From Stylophora pistillata (taxonomy: Eukaryota), in contig NW_019217947.1 in assembly GCF_002571385.2 (NCBI RefSeq), positions 221,721 through 285,720 of the forward strand: a stretch of DNA of 64,000 bases. Reading direction: 5' to 3'. This document shows positions 24,195 through 37,729 of this stretch, piece by piece. A program made the position numbers and the translations under genes. Position 1 is the first letter of the stretch. Each line of letters starts with the position of its first letter. The notes under the pieces were generated by a model that was given only the letters and a program-made list of their open reading frames with translations, had not been told where the DNA came from and did not search any database.

Positions 24195-26339
24195 TTTTGG
24201 TTTCCAAAGTCGACAAAGGAAAACAATAGTCTTCTTCGGGTGAAAATAAGGAAAACTCAAGGCCATCTCGTGGACTTTAGACAGGATACCTAAATAAACA
24301 TAAGATTGCCAAACCAGACCATTACGTGGCTAACGGCGAAGAATAGCCAGCACCATTGACCTACATTCCGACCTCAACTAGACGGTTCTTTCTAACTTAT
24401 TAAGGCGGTGGTATTGGCGTTATTTATGTTTGAAGATTTATTTATATACTTCGACAAGAAAAATTACAACGGTAACATTAAAGATCGTAAACCATTATGT
24501 ATTTTGTAACACTAAAATTTTTCTATTTAATTGTATTTGATGACTTTTATTATACAATTGACTTCAAGATTGAGGCAATTTAGTAAAACAAAGGAAATAC
24601 GCGAAAAAGAAGAGAACCAAGGCTATGGAATTTTTTGTAAGACATCATCCCTGGTCCACGCACACAGAAGTGTTTTTTTGTTTTTCAACCGTCCCAATTC
24701 ATTTTGCTAATCATCTGCAAATGGAATGTTATTTCATGCTTAATGGATGGCTAGATAGGAAGAGTATTTTATCGAATTGATGAATAGTTTTAGTCTATAA
24801 ACAAATAACATGTGAGCTTTGGTGTTACTGAGACGTCATGTTCCACACCCTCGCCATACACGTGCATTGACTGGGATGGCTCAAAAGATAAAATTCCTGA
24901 TTCCTGAGCTGTGATTGGATGATGCTGATTAGTTAGATTGTTACCGCTTATGATGTCCGCTGCGCAAATGATTGAAGGCAGCATGAAACGAAATTGCAGG
25001 ACCCCAGAGCTCGTATGTTTACGCCAAAAAACAAACAAATAAACAAACAAAAGAGAAACTTCTTCGACCTAATCGCCACTCGTTTGCAAAACGAGTTTAC
25101 CTTCATTAAGAGATTTTTCTATTGTAGAAATTTTTCCCTCGGTTTTAGCGTGATTCGTTAGATTTCGCTCCAAAGAAAGGTTTCAGTAAATTGAAGTAGA
25201 GTGGTGCATCCTGTATGTGGCCCTCTTTATATAATTGGCCTTGCTATCTGATTCTCAGCCACGGATTTTAAAACACTTCTGTTGAATGTCAAGATAGAAA
25301 AAACCACAAGGGTTCATTGTTGCTTTGTACCTGTCGTAGTATGGAAACAAAATTATAAAGAAAGTAATACTTTGGGTAACCAAACGGCCGTGGCTTAAGA
25401 AACCTTTAGGGCGACTTCCCTGTGCATGCCTCGCGTCCTATCATCTCATTTCTTTATATCTGGTCTATTTTTAATGATAACCGTCTATGTGGGATTGATG
25501 AATCGTCTGTTGAAACTATTTTTGTTTAACAACAAACATATGAAACATATGAGTGAACTGTTTAGTTACCAAGAGGTTACTGGTGTCACGATTTTAGACT
25601 TTTTTACATTTCACAGAACTTGGAAAAAACGCTATGATATATGATCCATATTTTTAAGATATTGTAAGCTTTTCAGTATTTATTTTGCTTAGTCGAACTG
25701 AATATTAATAAATACTGATTTTTTAAAATGGAAATAAAGACTTAATTTAAATTTCTGGATGGCAATTTTTTTAAACATAGACGCGCAGTATTGCTGGGTT
25801 TTCAAGAAACAAATTGTTATTTATCATGTTCACATTAGAGTGAAATGTTTAATCGTAAGCTTTTTTTATGTACCTTAGTGCAATCTATGGTCTTACTATT
25901 TCCAACTGCAGCTTTTTAATAAAACAGTAGGTAGTCCTGTGTCAGACATTAGTCTTTTAATAATAATGTTATATCAACTTATCTAACTTTATATTTTCGC
26001 CCTCTCAAACTCATCAATTCATTAGGTCAACTACTAACAGCAGAGGTATACCACTTCGTGCATGTGGCTGGATACCACAGGATATCATTTTCCAGTGAGA
26101 GTGGTATATACCATTCTCAAATTCATAAATAATTTATGAGGGCAACAGCCAATAAATGAGGCATATTTGGGTCACATGCATGAACCTTGATATTCAATGA
26201 ACACTCAGATGAAATCTTGAGGGTTTTTATTTGAGATGAAATATGATTTTGATCTCAGATCAAACATTTGCATTTTAATGAGCATTTTCATTAATTAATA
26301 GATCGCTAACAACAATTCCAAAAATGACCTACATATCAT

Positions 26340-26655
26340 TTCATAAACGGTCTTCGGTGAATATCTCTCCCCCAACTTTCATCACAAACTTGCTAAGCTA
26401 GTAATTCAAGGTTACTGCATCTATTTCTTCAATACTAGTAGAAAGCTGTGCGACCTTGAATAAATTACAGTCATTAAAATGTACTCCTGGATCGAAAACA
26501 GGAGCTATAACCGACCGAGAAATTTGCCATTCGCCAAAAATTGTTACCGCCCATTTGTTCTTACATTTGGTAAACGACTTTTCGACTAACTCGCGTTCTT
26601 CGTAAACCGTTTTCGGCTCCCTAAATCTTGCCGCGCCGTCTTCACTCATGGTCAC
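26340..26655 (-). pseudogene. Crypton-type tyrosine recombinase N-terminal fragment (degenerate)
   Basis: RFREPKT..EERELVEK...KNKWAVTIFGEWQISR...TLNY*LSKFVMKVGERYSPKTVY matches the WAV..F.EW / LNYWL.KFV.EV...G..YPP.TLY pattern of DUF3504/Crypton proteins. In-frame stop at the expected Trp. Confidence 0.7.
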
Positions 26656-27539
26656 ACATCAACTACACTAAAATAATTAATCATCCATGCATCTTAACGT
26701 AATGTTACGAAAAATGGAAAAATTACATCGCTCCATAATCATATTGTTCTTTCATTTGGGGAGGACAATGGAAAAAATTTATCACTGCATTTTTTGTTAT
26801 GTTTCATTTGAGAAGTCATTTCAAAAACTTGTGCTTCGTGTTTCATCAGGGGTTCCAACTGATCCACATCGACAATTTTCCCAAAGTCAACGAATATTTA
26901 TCAGTCACAACCTTACTTGGTTTGAGCCCATTGACAAAAACATTTATCTCACAATCTTTAGATTTGAGATATTCCAAAAATAAATTTTTTTTTCCACACG
27001 TTTTCTTTAGCCTTTCATCTACAGGAACTTCGTTCCTCATTTCTTCCGTCTTAAACTTTACTTTGATACAAGGACAAAAATGGTCGAACCATGTTTAGCT
27101 TGATCTTCGTTGGCCTCTTCATATTTAAACAGTGCGTTAGATACCCGTCGCCCAGTACGTTCCTTGATGAGTTTTCCGTTTACCCCACTCTGGGATTACC
27201 CAGAAGCACATGTACTGAACTCTAAGACAATGGTTTGTATTTTCCCCAACTGCGGAGCGCAAATCTAGCAACATTTTATTTCATGATTTCATCCCCACTG
27301 GAATCTTGTAAAAACCCCAATTTTTGAGGATTAGGCTTGAAGTGAAACGCACAGCTATCTTTCCCAAATATTTAACATAAACCAAGATGTAAACAATATA
27401 ATTAAACATAGGCATAACTCATAGGACTGACCTTTCGGATAACAAATGCGTCAGTCATAGAATGTGGAATGTATTTCAGATCACATCTACCGCCCTGAAA
27501 TTTTTTCGAGATATCTGAACGCTTTCTTCAGTAGAGCAT

Positions 27540-28087
27540 GCGCACTATCAAAAACTTGAGCCTGCAAAAAATATCAGCGGTATTTGTGTTTGTTTACTTA
27601 AATTTTCAGTACGTGTCGCTCGGAAGTCTTGAAGACTGACTAACTACAAGAAATGATGTCCGCAATTAGGACAGAAACAAAAGAACGGCAAATAGTCTTT
27701 TATTTGGACAGATGATGAATTCGACTTAAAATCACAATGAAGTACAAAGTGGCCAAGACCATCGAAAACGTTGAGTGGGAATCATGTCAAACAAAGTACT
27801 CTGATATTTTAAACCGTTTTCTTGAGCAATATTCTTTGCCAGAAGGTGCCCCGTTCCGTTGACAAGGATTATCCACGCAGGAAAGACTGAATCTGGTGTC
27901 GTTGCGTCAGCATATTAAAAAATATACGGATTCGACCGTTCACTCGACACCGTATTTAATGCGTATTTTAAAAAACATGCTATGGGGAGCTTGCGGATTC
28001 ATCAGCCTTGCGGATTCATCAGCCTTAATTCATTGAATACATGTGGACTGAAGGCCAATCCGTTACGAAAAAGTTGCGCGGGGGGCC
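27540..28087 (+). mobile_element. PIF/Harbinger remnant with a frameshifted Myb/SANT-like fragment and a decayed terminal repeat
   Basis: 27696-27890 translates with frameshifts to SFIWTDDEFDL/KITMKYKVAKTIENVEWESCQTKYSDILNRFLEQY...KDYP, typical of the Harbinger Myb/SANT accessory protein. Followed by a CGGATT-rich terminus ending GGGGCC. Confidence 0.65.
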
Positions 28088-28559
28088 GTAGATAAAAACC
28101 TGGTGGTTTTTCTTCTGGTGTTTCATTGGGTATCAAGATTTATCTACCTGACGCAAGCGGTCGTTAGTTATTGGTTGTTGACTGCATAAATAATTAATGA
28201 ATTTAAAAATAATCGATTCTGTTTTCATTCCCGGAACAACTTACGCGACCATTTGGTATTACAAGCTATCGATTTCTGGACTACATTATTTTACTCTTTT
28301 CATCTCATCCTCCACACTTTTTAGCTGCCGAAATTGCTCCAACGACTTTGTTGCGGTCTACATCTGGACTCAGCGACAACTTGTAAGTGCTGGTAACTCC
28401 AGCAACTTTGACATTACAGAATAAATTAGATCACAACATTCATGAAAACTAATTACCAATAAAAAAGACATCATTGATCAGGAAATAATCGGGGAAGGAA
28501 TACATCGCAAACAATTGAAATTGGAAGTCTGAGTTTATCATTTGTTTAAGGGTGAGAAG

Positions 28560-28690
28560 ATATTTTCAATACTCGAGCTCGTGTTTCATCAGGGTATCCA
28601 AACACCTCTCGACAGTAAAAGCACGAGGCCGTTTTATCTTGGTGTTTGGACACCACGATGGAACACAAGCTCGAGTTTAAGGAAAAACAC
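28560..28690. repeat. Palindromic hairpin repeat, same family as 4534-4936
   Basis: ACTCGAGCTCGTGTTTCATCAGGGTATCCAAACACC ... GGTGTTTGGACACCACGATGGAACACAAGCTCGAGT inverted arms. Confidence 0.7.
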
Positions 28691-30011
28691 TTCAAAACGA
28701 GTCACTATCTCTGCCTCAAAGTTCAGAAAACGGCGATCTTCTGTGTTTTCGATTTGCCTGTGATAACAATCTCAACTTTCGTAATTTTCCCGTGAAAAAA
28801 AAAGAGGGGGAGAAACTATTATCGACATCTGTTCTTTTTTACTGTTTGATAAGAGCAATAGTCAATATATATTCCTTTGGCATTGTGAACGAGTCATGAA
28901 ATTAGTACTACAGCAAGCCGTATTGAGTTTTGTCTCCGTGAGACCCTCAGTGTTCCCTAAAGCAAAGTTGAGGGAACCTTATAGTAGCGGGTCGAAGTAA
29001 ATAAACTCACTGCTTTCAGTAAGACAAGTCATCAAGTGATGAACAACAAAATTATGACTGCAAAATGCGATTCGAAAGTTCAAGTTATTTTTTCACCAGA
29101 GAGTTGGGGAGTTTTGTTTGCCCTTTGGGAGTTGGTATAAATTTTGATGCATGGGGTCCCTAGGGTAAAATACTGTATGGATTTCAGTGTACAGCACTTT
29201 AAGATTTATTAAACTTACAAAACCTTTGATCCTTTCAAATCTGTGAATAACAGAGTTGAAATTCTGTGAAAGTACTGCTGTGCATTGATCTTTTAGAGGT
29301 AACTACTCTGGCCGTAAATCAGTTGTTTTCGTTAAAGGCGCTGTGTTTCTGGCGGTTACAGTCATTGTCACTAACTTCTGGAAAGATGGAAGTGAGGGAT
29401 ACCTGGGCCCCCGATCTCAGCAGATTTTCGGAAGTGGTCTATTTACCGAATCCCAGTGACCTTCATGCTCCCCTGTACTGTCGATACGAGCTTAATTGTA
29501 TTAAACCTTCCCATTTCTTAAAACCTTGGATAAATATTGTAAGAATCTTACCTAATGCTTCTAAAACCTATCCTGAGGACCCCTGAATTCCCAACAGCAT
29601 GTTAAACACATCACTGGCGAGTAGCAAAATCCAATACGGGAAATATTCTTATCTTTTTATCACCGAGGTATTTGTCAAAAGTCCGGCCTAGAAAAGGCAC
29701 GTGAAACCCGTTGTTGTGCGATATGTGACATTAGATGAACAGAGAAAAGTTCTTGTAACTTTTAAGATAAACGTTCCAAAAAAAAAAAGAAAAGGGGAGA
29801 CAATAATTCTGGTAAATTTTGTTTTACTACCTTTGACTAGCACCTTACAATAAATAATTATTTCTTTTAATGAGGTAGGTTGCCAACCACACAGTGGTCA
29901 ATTGCCCGTACTTGGAATAAAAACTACAGTAACGTTTGCTCAGTGTTTACATGAGTTTACCAAGTGCCTTTATTCTATGTTTCAATTCCTGTGTTGAAAA
30001 ACTCTTAAGTA

Positions 30012-30179
30012 TTGACCACTTTCAAAATATTCTTTTGTTTAAATTTAAATTAGCCTTTCTGGTCTCGCTTGAGATGATGTATTCTTTTGAATTTTGTAAT
30101 GGAGAACGAGGCCAGAAAGGCTAATTTAAATTTAAACAAAAGAATATTAATCCAGGCAGCCATTAATGAAAGTGGTCTA
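30012..30179. mobile_element. Short palindromic MITE
   Basis: Termini TTGACCACTTTCA / TGAAAGTGGTCTA. Inner arms AATATTCTTTTGTTTAAATTTAAATTAGCCTTTCTGG / CCAGAAAGGCTAATTTAAATTTAAACAAAAGAATATT. Confidence 0.75.
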
Positions 30180-31897
30180 TCGCTCTTAAGTATCTTATCT
30201 TAAGTATCGCTCTTAAGTATCGCATCCATTTCTGTTTTCTAGGCTCACTTTTCCGTTAAGATCACTGCCCTAACAAACCATGTTCGCGCGAAGCATTTCT
30301 ACGCTTCTCGTAACTAACAAAGACACTAGGTCATTACAATTGTACTCGCTTATGGTCAAAAACAAAACAAAATAAACAAAACGAGTCCATAACTCTCGGT
30401 CGTGGCCTTTAAACGCAATTCCCACGTGGATTTGAAAATAATCTTTTCAATAACATTCGGATCATGCTAACAAAAGTGTAGCTGACAGAAGTTAAGTAAA
30501 ACATTGTTGAAGAAAGATCTCGTATCAACAATATCCCAACTTATATCCACGTTTCTATAACACGTCTTTACCAAATGGACTTGAAACTTATTTCTTTCTT
30601 AACATTTTATCTTAAACTTCGTTGATGCCTGTGATCCATTTGGTAAATTATAAATATGAATAAGGTTGTACGTAAGTACCTGTTTAATGAAGAACACCCC
30701 TTACGAGTGAAGGGTCGTCAAAACATTCTCGCGACACAAGTCGTCGAAATATCCGCATATTTCTGCTAACTTGGAAATGCTAACTTGAATGCTAAATGCT
30801 AAATGCTAAAATAACTAACACCTGCTAACTTGGAAATGCATCGAAAAGAGAGAAGAGAAGAAGACCACATCGATCAAAACGAATCTAAAATGTTTGGACA
30901 TTTTTCATGAGTCTATATATTCAAAATCCTTCTCGGCCTATTCTTAAAAGTATGTCCAGGATTAATCGCAAATCTCGCTTACAAATTTTAAAGCTCTGTG
31001 CGAGATTTGCGATGTTCTTACGTTTTATCATTTTCGCCATGTTTCTGCCTTTTAACTTTTAACTATTAAGGTGTTCTCTATTCTTTACCGATTGTCCGTT
31101 GCGCAGTTCAATCCAGTTCAATCCTGAGAAAACCTGGTTCCTATAAATTCAGCCTTCATTTCAAATTAGATAGCAGGCATCCATTATCACTTCAACAAGT
31201 TTCATAGCCATCTAACGTCAACGCAATCGCTATTTTTTGTGAAAAAAAGAAGTTCTACAACACGAAATCATTAGAAATGTTCAACTGTGGCGGTGGGGGG
31301 CTGTTTGTAGGTTACCGGCAGAGTACTCATTAAAAGATCACAAATTGTGAACAGGAACAAACAGGTTTTGGAGTGAATGTATTGAGTAGAAATTTGAACC
31401 ATCAAACTTGCCCTGAAAGAAACAGTAAATGACAACTGGGAAATCTTAATTTTCGGAAACTGTTTCTTTAAGAGCTGCCCCGCATACATCATCGTCCATC
31501 CATTGTAAACTGAAATTTGTTCCAAAAATTTGTCGCGTTCATCGCATTAATACACTTCTTCAGTGTTAGACGGCATTGGATGATCAATGTTTTTTAGGGT
31601 TTCTATCTATTCAAAGCCAGTTTCTACGTCGTAGCCGAATGCATTAATCTGGTGATAAAAACAGTAACAGCAACTTGAAGGTATTTTGACTGAGAGGGTA
31701 CACATAAACATGGCTGACTCTATGTCGTTCTTCCTTCATTGCTATTTTTGCGCTCATCGATGAAAACGCAACAGGCCATCTCGTTATGATGACGGAACTG
31801 GTCCAGTAGTAAAGTTTAACCTTAATCATCGCACATTTCCTCTTGATGCATTTCACCAGGCTCCACTTGAAATATCAATTTGGGTTAATTTCATATC

Positions 31898-34800
31898 TCA
31901 TTTGCTAGTTCTCTTGTTCAGTCCAGTAGAATACCTTTGCTCTTTTTCTTCTTCCTCGCTGATTCTTAAACGTTCACATCTGTGTTTTTTCTGGCCCCGT
32001 TTTGTCGTTCTGTAGCGGGTACAGGTGAGGCCTTCGTCACAAGGGCAATCTCTCAGACCAGGCTGAATTAATAAGAACAGAAGGAAACTTGGGTTAACCG
32101 ACTTCATGTGTACTCTAATTCTACTCTACGAAAATTTGTAGCAGAGCGAAGAGGTTAAAAAAAACCCCTGAGGTTAAATTGGCTTTGCTTTACTACGCTG
32201 GTTAAGCGAACACTAGCCACTTTGGAGCCGAACACATACAAAGCCTTGACTGATTTCGGCTTGGTAGCTTTTCTGCATTGGGCTGTTTTGACCAATTGAG
32301 AGCTTGGTTCTACATCACGTTATCGGAAAGCGCTCTAAACACTGTTGAAAACCAACCCTAACTATTACTAGTTATCTTACCAAAAGAACAGGCTTGCATC
32401 TCTGTCCCTTTTGAGGTCTTCGCTTACAGAATCCTTTATTGACACTGTATCTTATGCAACACTCGTCTTTCTTGCATTGGCTCCAGTTTCTACATTTTCT
32501 CTTCGTGGGAGGCACAGATTCTTTAAGCTGCAAAAGTGACGATAAAGAGTACTGATGTTGAATAACAAAGTCCTTAAGCCTCTTCTCGAACAATTAATTT
32601 AAATGTAACGAACATACAAGTTTCCTGCAAAGCACACAAATTTGCTTATCAGAATGTCTAGAAAAGGACCGATCAAATGATTCAACGCGTCAAGAATCAC
32701 TATTCAGTGGTTCACTCCAGTTTTCATAGTTTGTTCCGACTGATAAACCGTAATTCATTTTGATGCATTTAACATCTTCCACGCATGACCACGTGACTTA
32801 AAGAATACACATTCGCATCATTGAGATTAGTCATGAATTACTAGTAACTAGTGATGTATATCGCACTGTTCTTCTAGTAGTTCTAAGTCTGATTTTGACT
32901 GAATTAAGGAAAAAAAGAGTATGTCATCATATCACTTTGAAACGCTTGCTATTTACGAGCGCCGGAGTCACTACAACGACGACGGTCTTTTCGGGTGAAC
33001 TGTAGACTGGTCATGCAGTGTCGTCAACAAGAACTATTTCCTGAAGCTGGAAAACACTATGGAAAATCAGACCATTGCAAGCTCACTTTGTTTCGATTTT
33101 TTCTTACATAAATTTGTTAAAGAGCATATTTAATGATCGTCTTCCACAGTATAGAGGATAAGATTAAGTTGATATTATGATTGCTTCAGTTGTTTAAGGG
33201 TTCATCGTTAGAAATAAAGATACTATCGATATTTTCAATTTTTTTGATAAATCGATTTGAAATGGTTCTTTGCCAATGACTCGTGTATTTTAATTTTGTT
33301 TTATGTTCACTTAGCTTTTTTGCCTAAAAGTCGCTGGGTTATCAAAATACAACTATTCTAAAAGATAACTATATCAAGTTCCTATTTTGTAATTATATTA
33401 AATCCGTGTTCTTTTAAAGGGTCAAAGAGACTTAGATTAGTACGCCAAGCTGATCAAAACAACGGATTGAAATGGATTTCTGGATCAGAATGCTCAAAAT
33501 GTTTCTTCTTCTTGGTTTCTCTTTAATTTCAAATTTTGATTAAAATACTCGACAATATTTTCCCCAAATGTTGGACTACAGTGTTCTGGATCTTAAAGAA
33601 GCTTGTGGCCGCCTCTTCAGCGTTATAAACGAGCATAAAGAGCATATTGCAGCTGTCGGTTTTGTGTAACTATATGGACGCCCACGCACTTGTTACAGGG
33701 CCAGTCGTATCCTGGGCTCCGTGCCAACGTATGCTAGGGTAATCATAATTACAAAGTGGTAACTTCAATTAGAAAACTATTAGAACGCAAGGGTTCCTTG
33801 TACTAAAACTTCTTAGACACCTCCTCAGTCATTTAATGCTGAGAAGGAAATATTAGACAGTATTCAAAATGTCGGGCAAATATCTAATGACTTTGCCAGG
33901 AGTCAAAAACGATAAGTTTCGCTCGAGTTGCTCAACACACCCATGTACTAATTACGGTTGCAAGACCCACGCGCTGTATTCATCAAGGTTCTGCCCTTTG
34001 ATGCTCTATAAAATCAGCTAATTGGCGTATCACAGATAACTAATACGAAGTAATAATAAAGCCTCTTTTTTCTAAATAGCGTTAACAGTATTCTTGGCCT
34101 TTCACTCGAGAAATCTGAGTGTGTCCCGCGATCCACACGAATCTATTGAGTCAGCCAAACTGATTTGCTTTGAAGTGACCGGCGACGTTCGAATATGGTG
34201 AGAGTGATATGGTATAAAATCAATAGAGCTGTTAAATGGTTAAAATCTATAAAATCAATAGAGCTTGTTTGTGGTTATCCACTCTGGAAATATCAATTAC
34301 CAAGTCTGATTACCATCCGTAAAGATTTATTCCGAAAGGTGTTTCTTTCCGTTGGGCCCATAAAATGCTCTGACCTTTTTCCACGCCTCACTAATTTACT
34401 ATAGGCTAACAAATTAAGAAGTTCTTAGGTTATCTCTCACCTCGTGTCTGTGGGTTATTTACACCTAACAGAACCGGAAATAATTAATGACTAATATTCA
34501 GTCGCTAATCGCTGGCGAATTGTGAAACTGCACCTTCAATAGAAAACGTGCTGCTACAGTAGAAAAGCGTTCAATCGATTAAAAAACTGAAATTTTCTTC
34601 TCATTTCTTGTGAGAAATCTTGCAAGGAACCTTTTAGATGATATTGTTTTTTTTCTGTAAGAACTGAACCTTGGACCTGGGACAATGGCCATTTTCAGAT
34701 TAATTTTAGTGTGTTTTCTTTCGCGTGGGTTGTGAATCAGCTGTGTCTCTGCAATTTCAATTAGAGCACAATCAAACGGAGTGACCTGTGAATGTTCGAA

Positions 34801-36714
34801 TTTCAAAATGAAACGAAAACAAATATATATATACATAGCCGCGCATTGAGCTATTGGCCGGTAACTGGTAAAACTGCTCTTTGTAAAAGAAACAATGAAG
34901 TACGCAATGTGTAACACGATTTTCTCTTATTTATTCATTATTATTTGCATTCTGTTTCCTTTGTTGTTTTATAAGGCTAGGCAACCATTCAGAAAATATA
35001 CTACGCTTGATCTTGCTTTGAATAGCATTCAAATCGTGATACTTTCACGACAGTCTCACGACAGTAGCAGAATCCGTTCATGCCTAAGGCCTCAATAAAA
35101 CAGAGCCAACCCTCTTCCTTCAGCTGAGTAAGTCTATTTATATCTCAAGAAATATTTTTAAAAGTGTGCCACCAACGACGAGGCTAATTTTCTAATATCG
35201 TTGTATGTTTCCATTGGAATGGAGTGTTTGTTTTGGAGAGAGAAAACCAACTTTTAAGGCTCTTTCTCGAATCATGAACTTGACTCTCAGACCAAAAAAA
35301 GGATAGGATTGGTAGAGGTCTTTTATTTCTAAGGACGTGCGCAGCACAGGTGGGCAATACGAGTCAGCAAAAAGGATTTTGACCCCTCTTATTCAGTCGG
35401 TGAAATGATCCATGAAAAGAGCATAGAAACCATGCCTTTAATCAAACAGCACATTAGCCACCTCTGGTAGGGTTATTAGATTGCCTGAAAGAGTTTTAGA
35501 ATTCTGACCGATGTAGCTAAATCTTCCATAACGTCTAAGTGGAAAGAAAATAGAAAACGACCTGAAAATGGGCAATTAAGTCTTGAAAAACAACTCTAGC
35601 TGCGGGAGATTACGGGGCAATTAAGTGTCATTTTTTTGCAATTAATTTTGAAATGCCTCAACAGGAGAGCAATAATGAACAACCTGCACTTACAATCAGA
35701 TCTTTAGCACTGATGCAGTCTGTTTAGGTGTATGGAGAAACACGTTACAAACTATCCAGCTGTGCCTCAAAACATGTGGTTAACCGAAAACGTCCCACGA
35801 GAGTAAACAGTCTTAAAGATTTGTGAATAATAATCTTACCCCCACAAGACCTCCACTTCGCAATTTCTTGAGCATCTTTTTCGCATTCTTCTTCCTCCTT
35901 CGTTTTCTTTTCTTTTCTCCTCGTATAGTTTCTACCAGATGTGAAGATGCGATTGTTGCCTCAGTCTCAGAGACATTTTCTTTCAAATACACAACCGGCG
36001 AAATCTTTGGAAATGAACTGTTCCCGCCGTGTGGGTCAAATAATGTAGACCACCCTCTCTTGTTCGCCACGTGCCGTCCATGAGGCTTGTTAACTGACTT
36101 ATTTTTCTGCAAAAGTTAAATGTAAAGGTTACCTTTCCTAAGCTAACTTGGATCTGTTATGTACTATCTAAAACAAGGGCCGGGTTTCATCAGCCTGCTT
36201 AATTTTTTAAAAATCTCGTCGTTTTACATCTGTGGGCATTGTTGTCACAGATAACAAACAAAAAGAAAAGAACAGTTTATTGCATTGTTTTGCTCGACCC
36301 TAATATGCATAATAAACACTAATCTCATAGGAATTTCTTTGCTTTTACGCGCCAGTCGGTTTAACAAGTCTAATGGAATCTTGACCTTCGGGAAAAGAAT
36401 GACAACGTTGAAAGAGAGAGAATCTGTCTCTCCTATTGGTTTTTGAAGATGATTGCGTTGACCCTCTTTGCTTTTTAAGTCTACAATCGGCAAAATAAAA
36501 AATGAAGCCGTACACGAAACGGCACTTGTAAACAATTGGCATCCGGTTCTCGCAAGTAGTATTTTACGCATCTAATGATCGCTTTGACTGGGAAGGGCCG
36601 ACACTTACTTGATTGATTAGAATAGTTATCAGCTTTCTCTCTACCCAAACAGCAAGATATGTCAAAAAGCATCAAGCTGAGGGCAATAAAATTCAAACTG
36701 AGCGACTAACGCAT
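31898..36714 (-). CDS. Secreted prepro-protein with a long basic pro-region and a C-terminal 10-Cys prokineticin/colipase-fold domain (~259 aa; 5' end uncertain, TAG at codon 3 of the simplest model)
   Basis: complement(join(31898..32062,32381..32527,35840..36106,36386..36480,36609..36714)); intron phases 1,0,0,0 are mutually consistent. Domain CRNWSQCKKDECCIRYSVNKGFCKRRPQKGQRCKPVLL|PGLRDCPCDEGLTCTRYRTTKRGQKKHRC (C-5-C-4-CC-9-C-9-C-10-CPC-5-C-14-C). Hydrophobic leader LSLNFIALSLMLFDISCCLG. The last two exons are high confidence, the first three moderate. Confidence 0.75.
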
Positions 36715-37729
36715 GCTTATTAAGCCACGTGTCACTAAGGCCTCGGCTCGTGCACGAAGAAACAAGTAAGACAACAAACCGTTTTAGTCGAAAAATAAAT
36801 GACTCATGATTCTTACCTTGAGTGAAGTCTGACTAGCATGGATGTAGAATGTGGAATAATGCAAGGCGATCATGAACACGAGGCCCCTCAAGATATCCAT
36901 TCGAGTATGTTTTAGCCTCGGCTTTTAATGACGCGTAACTCAGGAACAGTGGTGGTCTATCTGCAACAGTGGACAAGTAACACGCGTTATATTTCATCGC
37001 AACGAGCTCATTATAGCCGAGGTCACGTGGCGCATACATGTCATTAATCTTCAAACCCAATCAGGAAACAAAAATAGCTTACAGTGCGGTCTGTGTGTGA
37101 GACAAGGACATTGTTTACCGCTTGCGTGCGGTCCTTTGTTTAGAAGCGGTGTTGTTTGCCAATCTCAATAGCCGACTATTTACACAAACTCGGCAAATAC
37201 AGCTGTAAGAAGTTCTACTATTTTTCCTCATGACTTCAGAGCTAACTGTTTTGTGATACTTTATACTTGGCTGTGTAACAAAGCGCAGAAGTAGTCTTTC
37301 TTATCGCTGGTGGCAAAGTAACACGCCTTAAAAAACTCTTAACTAGATCTAAACTTTAATAAGGTAAGTGGAATCATACAAATATGCAATAAGTACCATA
37401 TTAACCGATCCTGCTCAGAAGTTAATTAAGAGATAAATCAGTTAATAGAAAAAGCGTTAGACACATGGCACACTTTACTAAAAGAATGCAAACAATCTAG
37501 TTATTTCAGATTGAACACAATCGATTGCAAAGCATGAAATCCCAACTGATAATTGCAACACCTGCCACATTAACTAAGTCATTATCAATCGTCGGATTAC
37601 GACCAGGTTTCGCTTATTCCTTGCCTACCTGAACAGTTCCGAATTATTTCACGAATGTTTATTTAATTTTCATTCCCTCGTATTGGAGAATGTTGCCTGA
37701 GTTAATTGAACATGAGTCCAAGATGTCAT

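Noticed and set aside
31898-36714. Naming the gene Dickkopf or prokineticin
   Set aside because: Only one Cys-rich domain was found and there is no AVIT N-terminus; fold-level similarity does not justify a gene symbol without a phylogeny.
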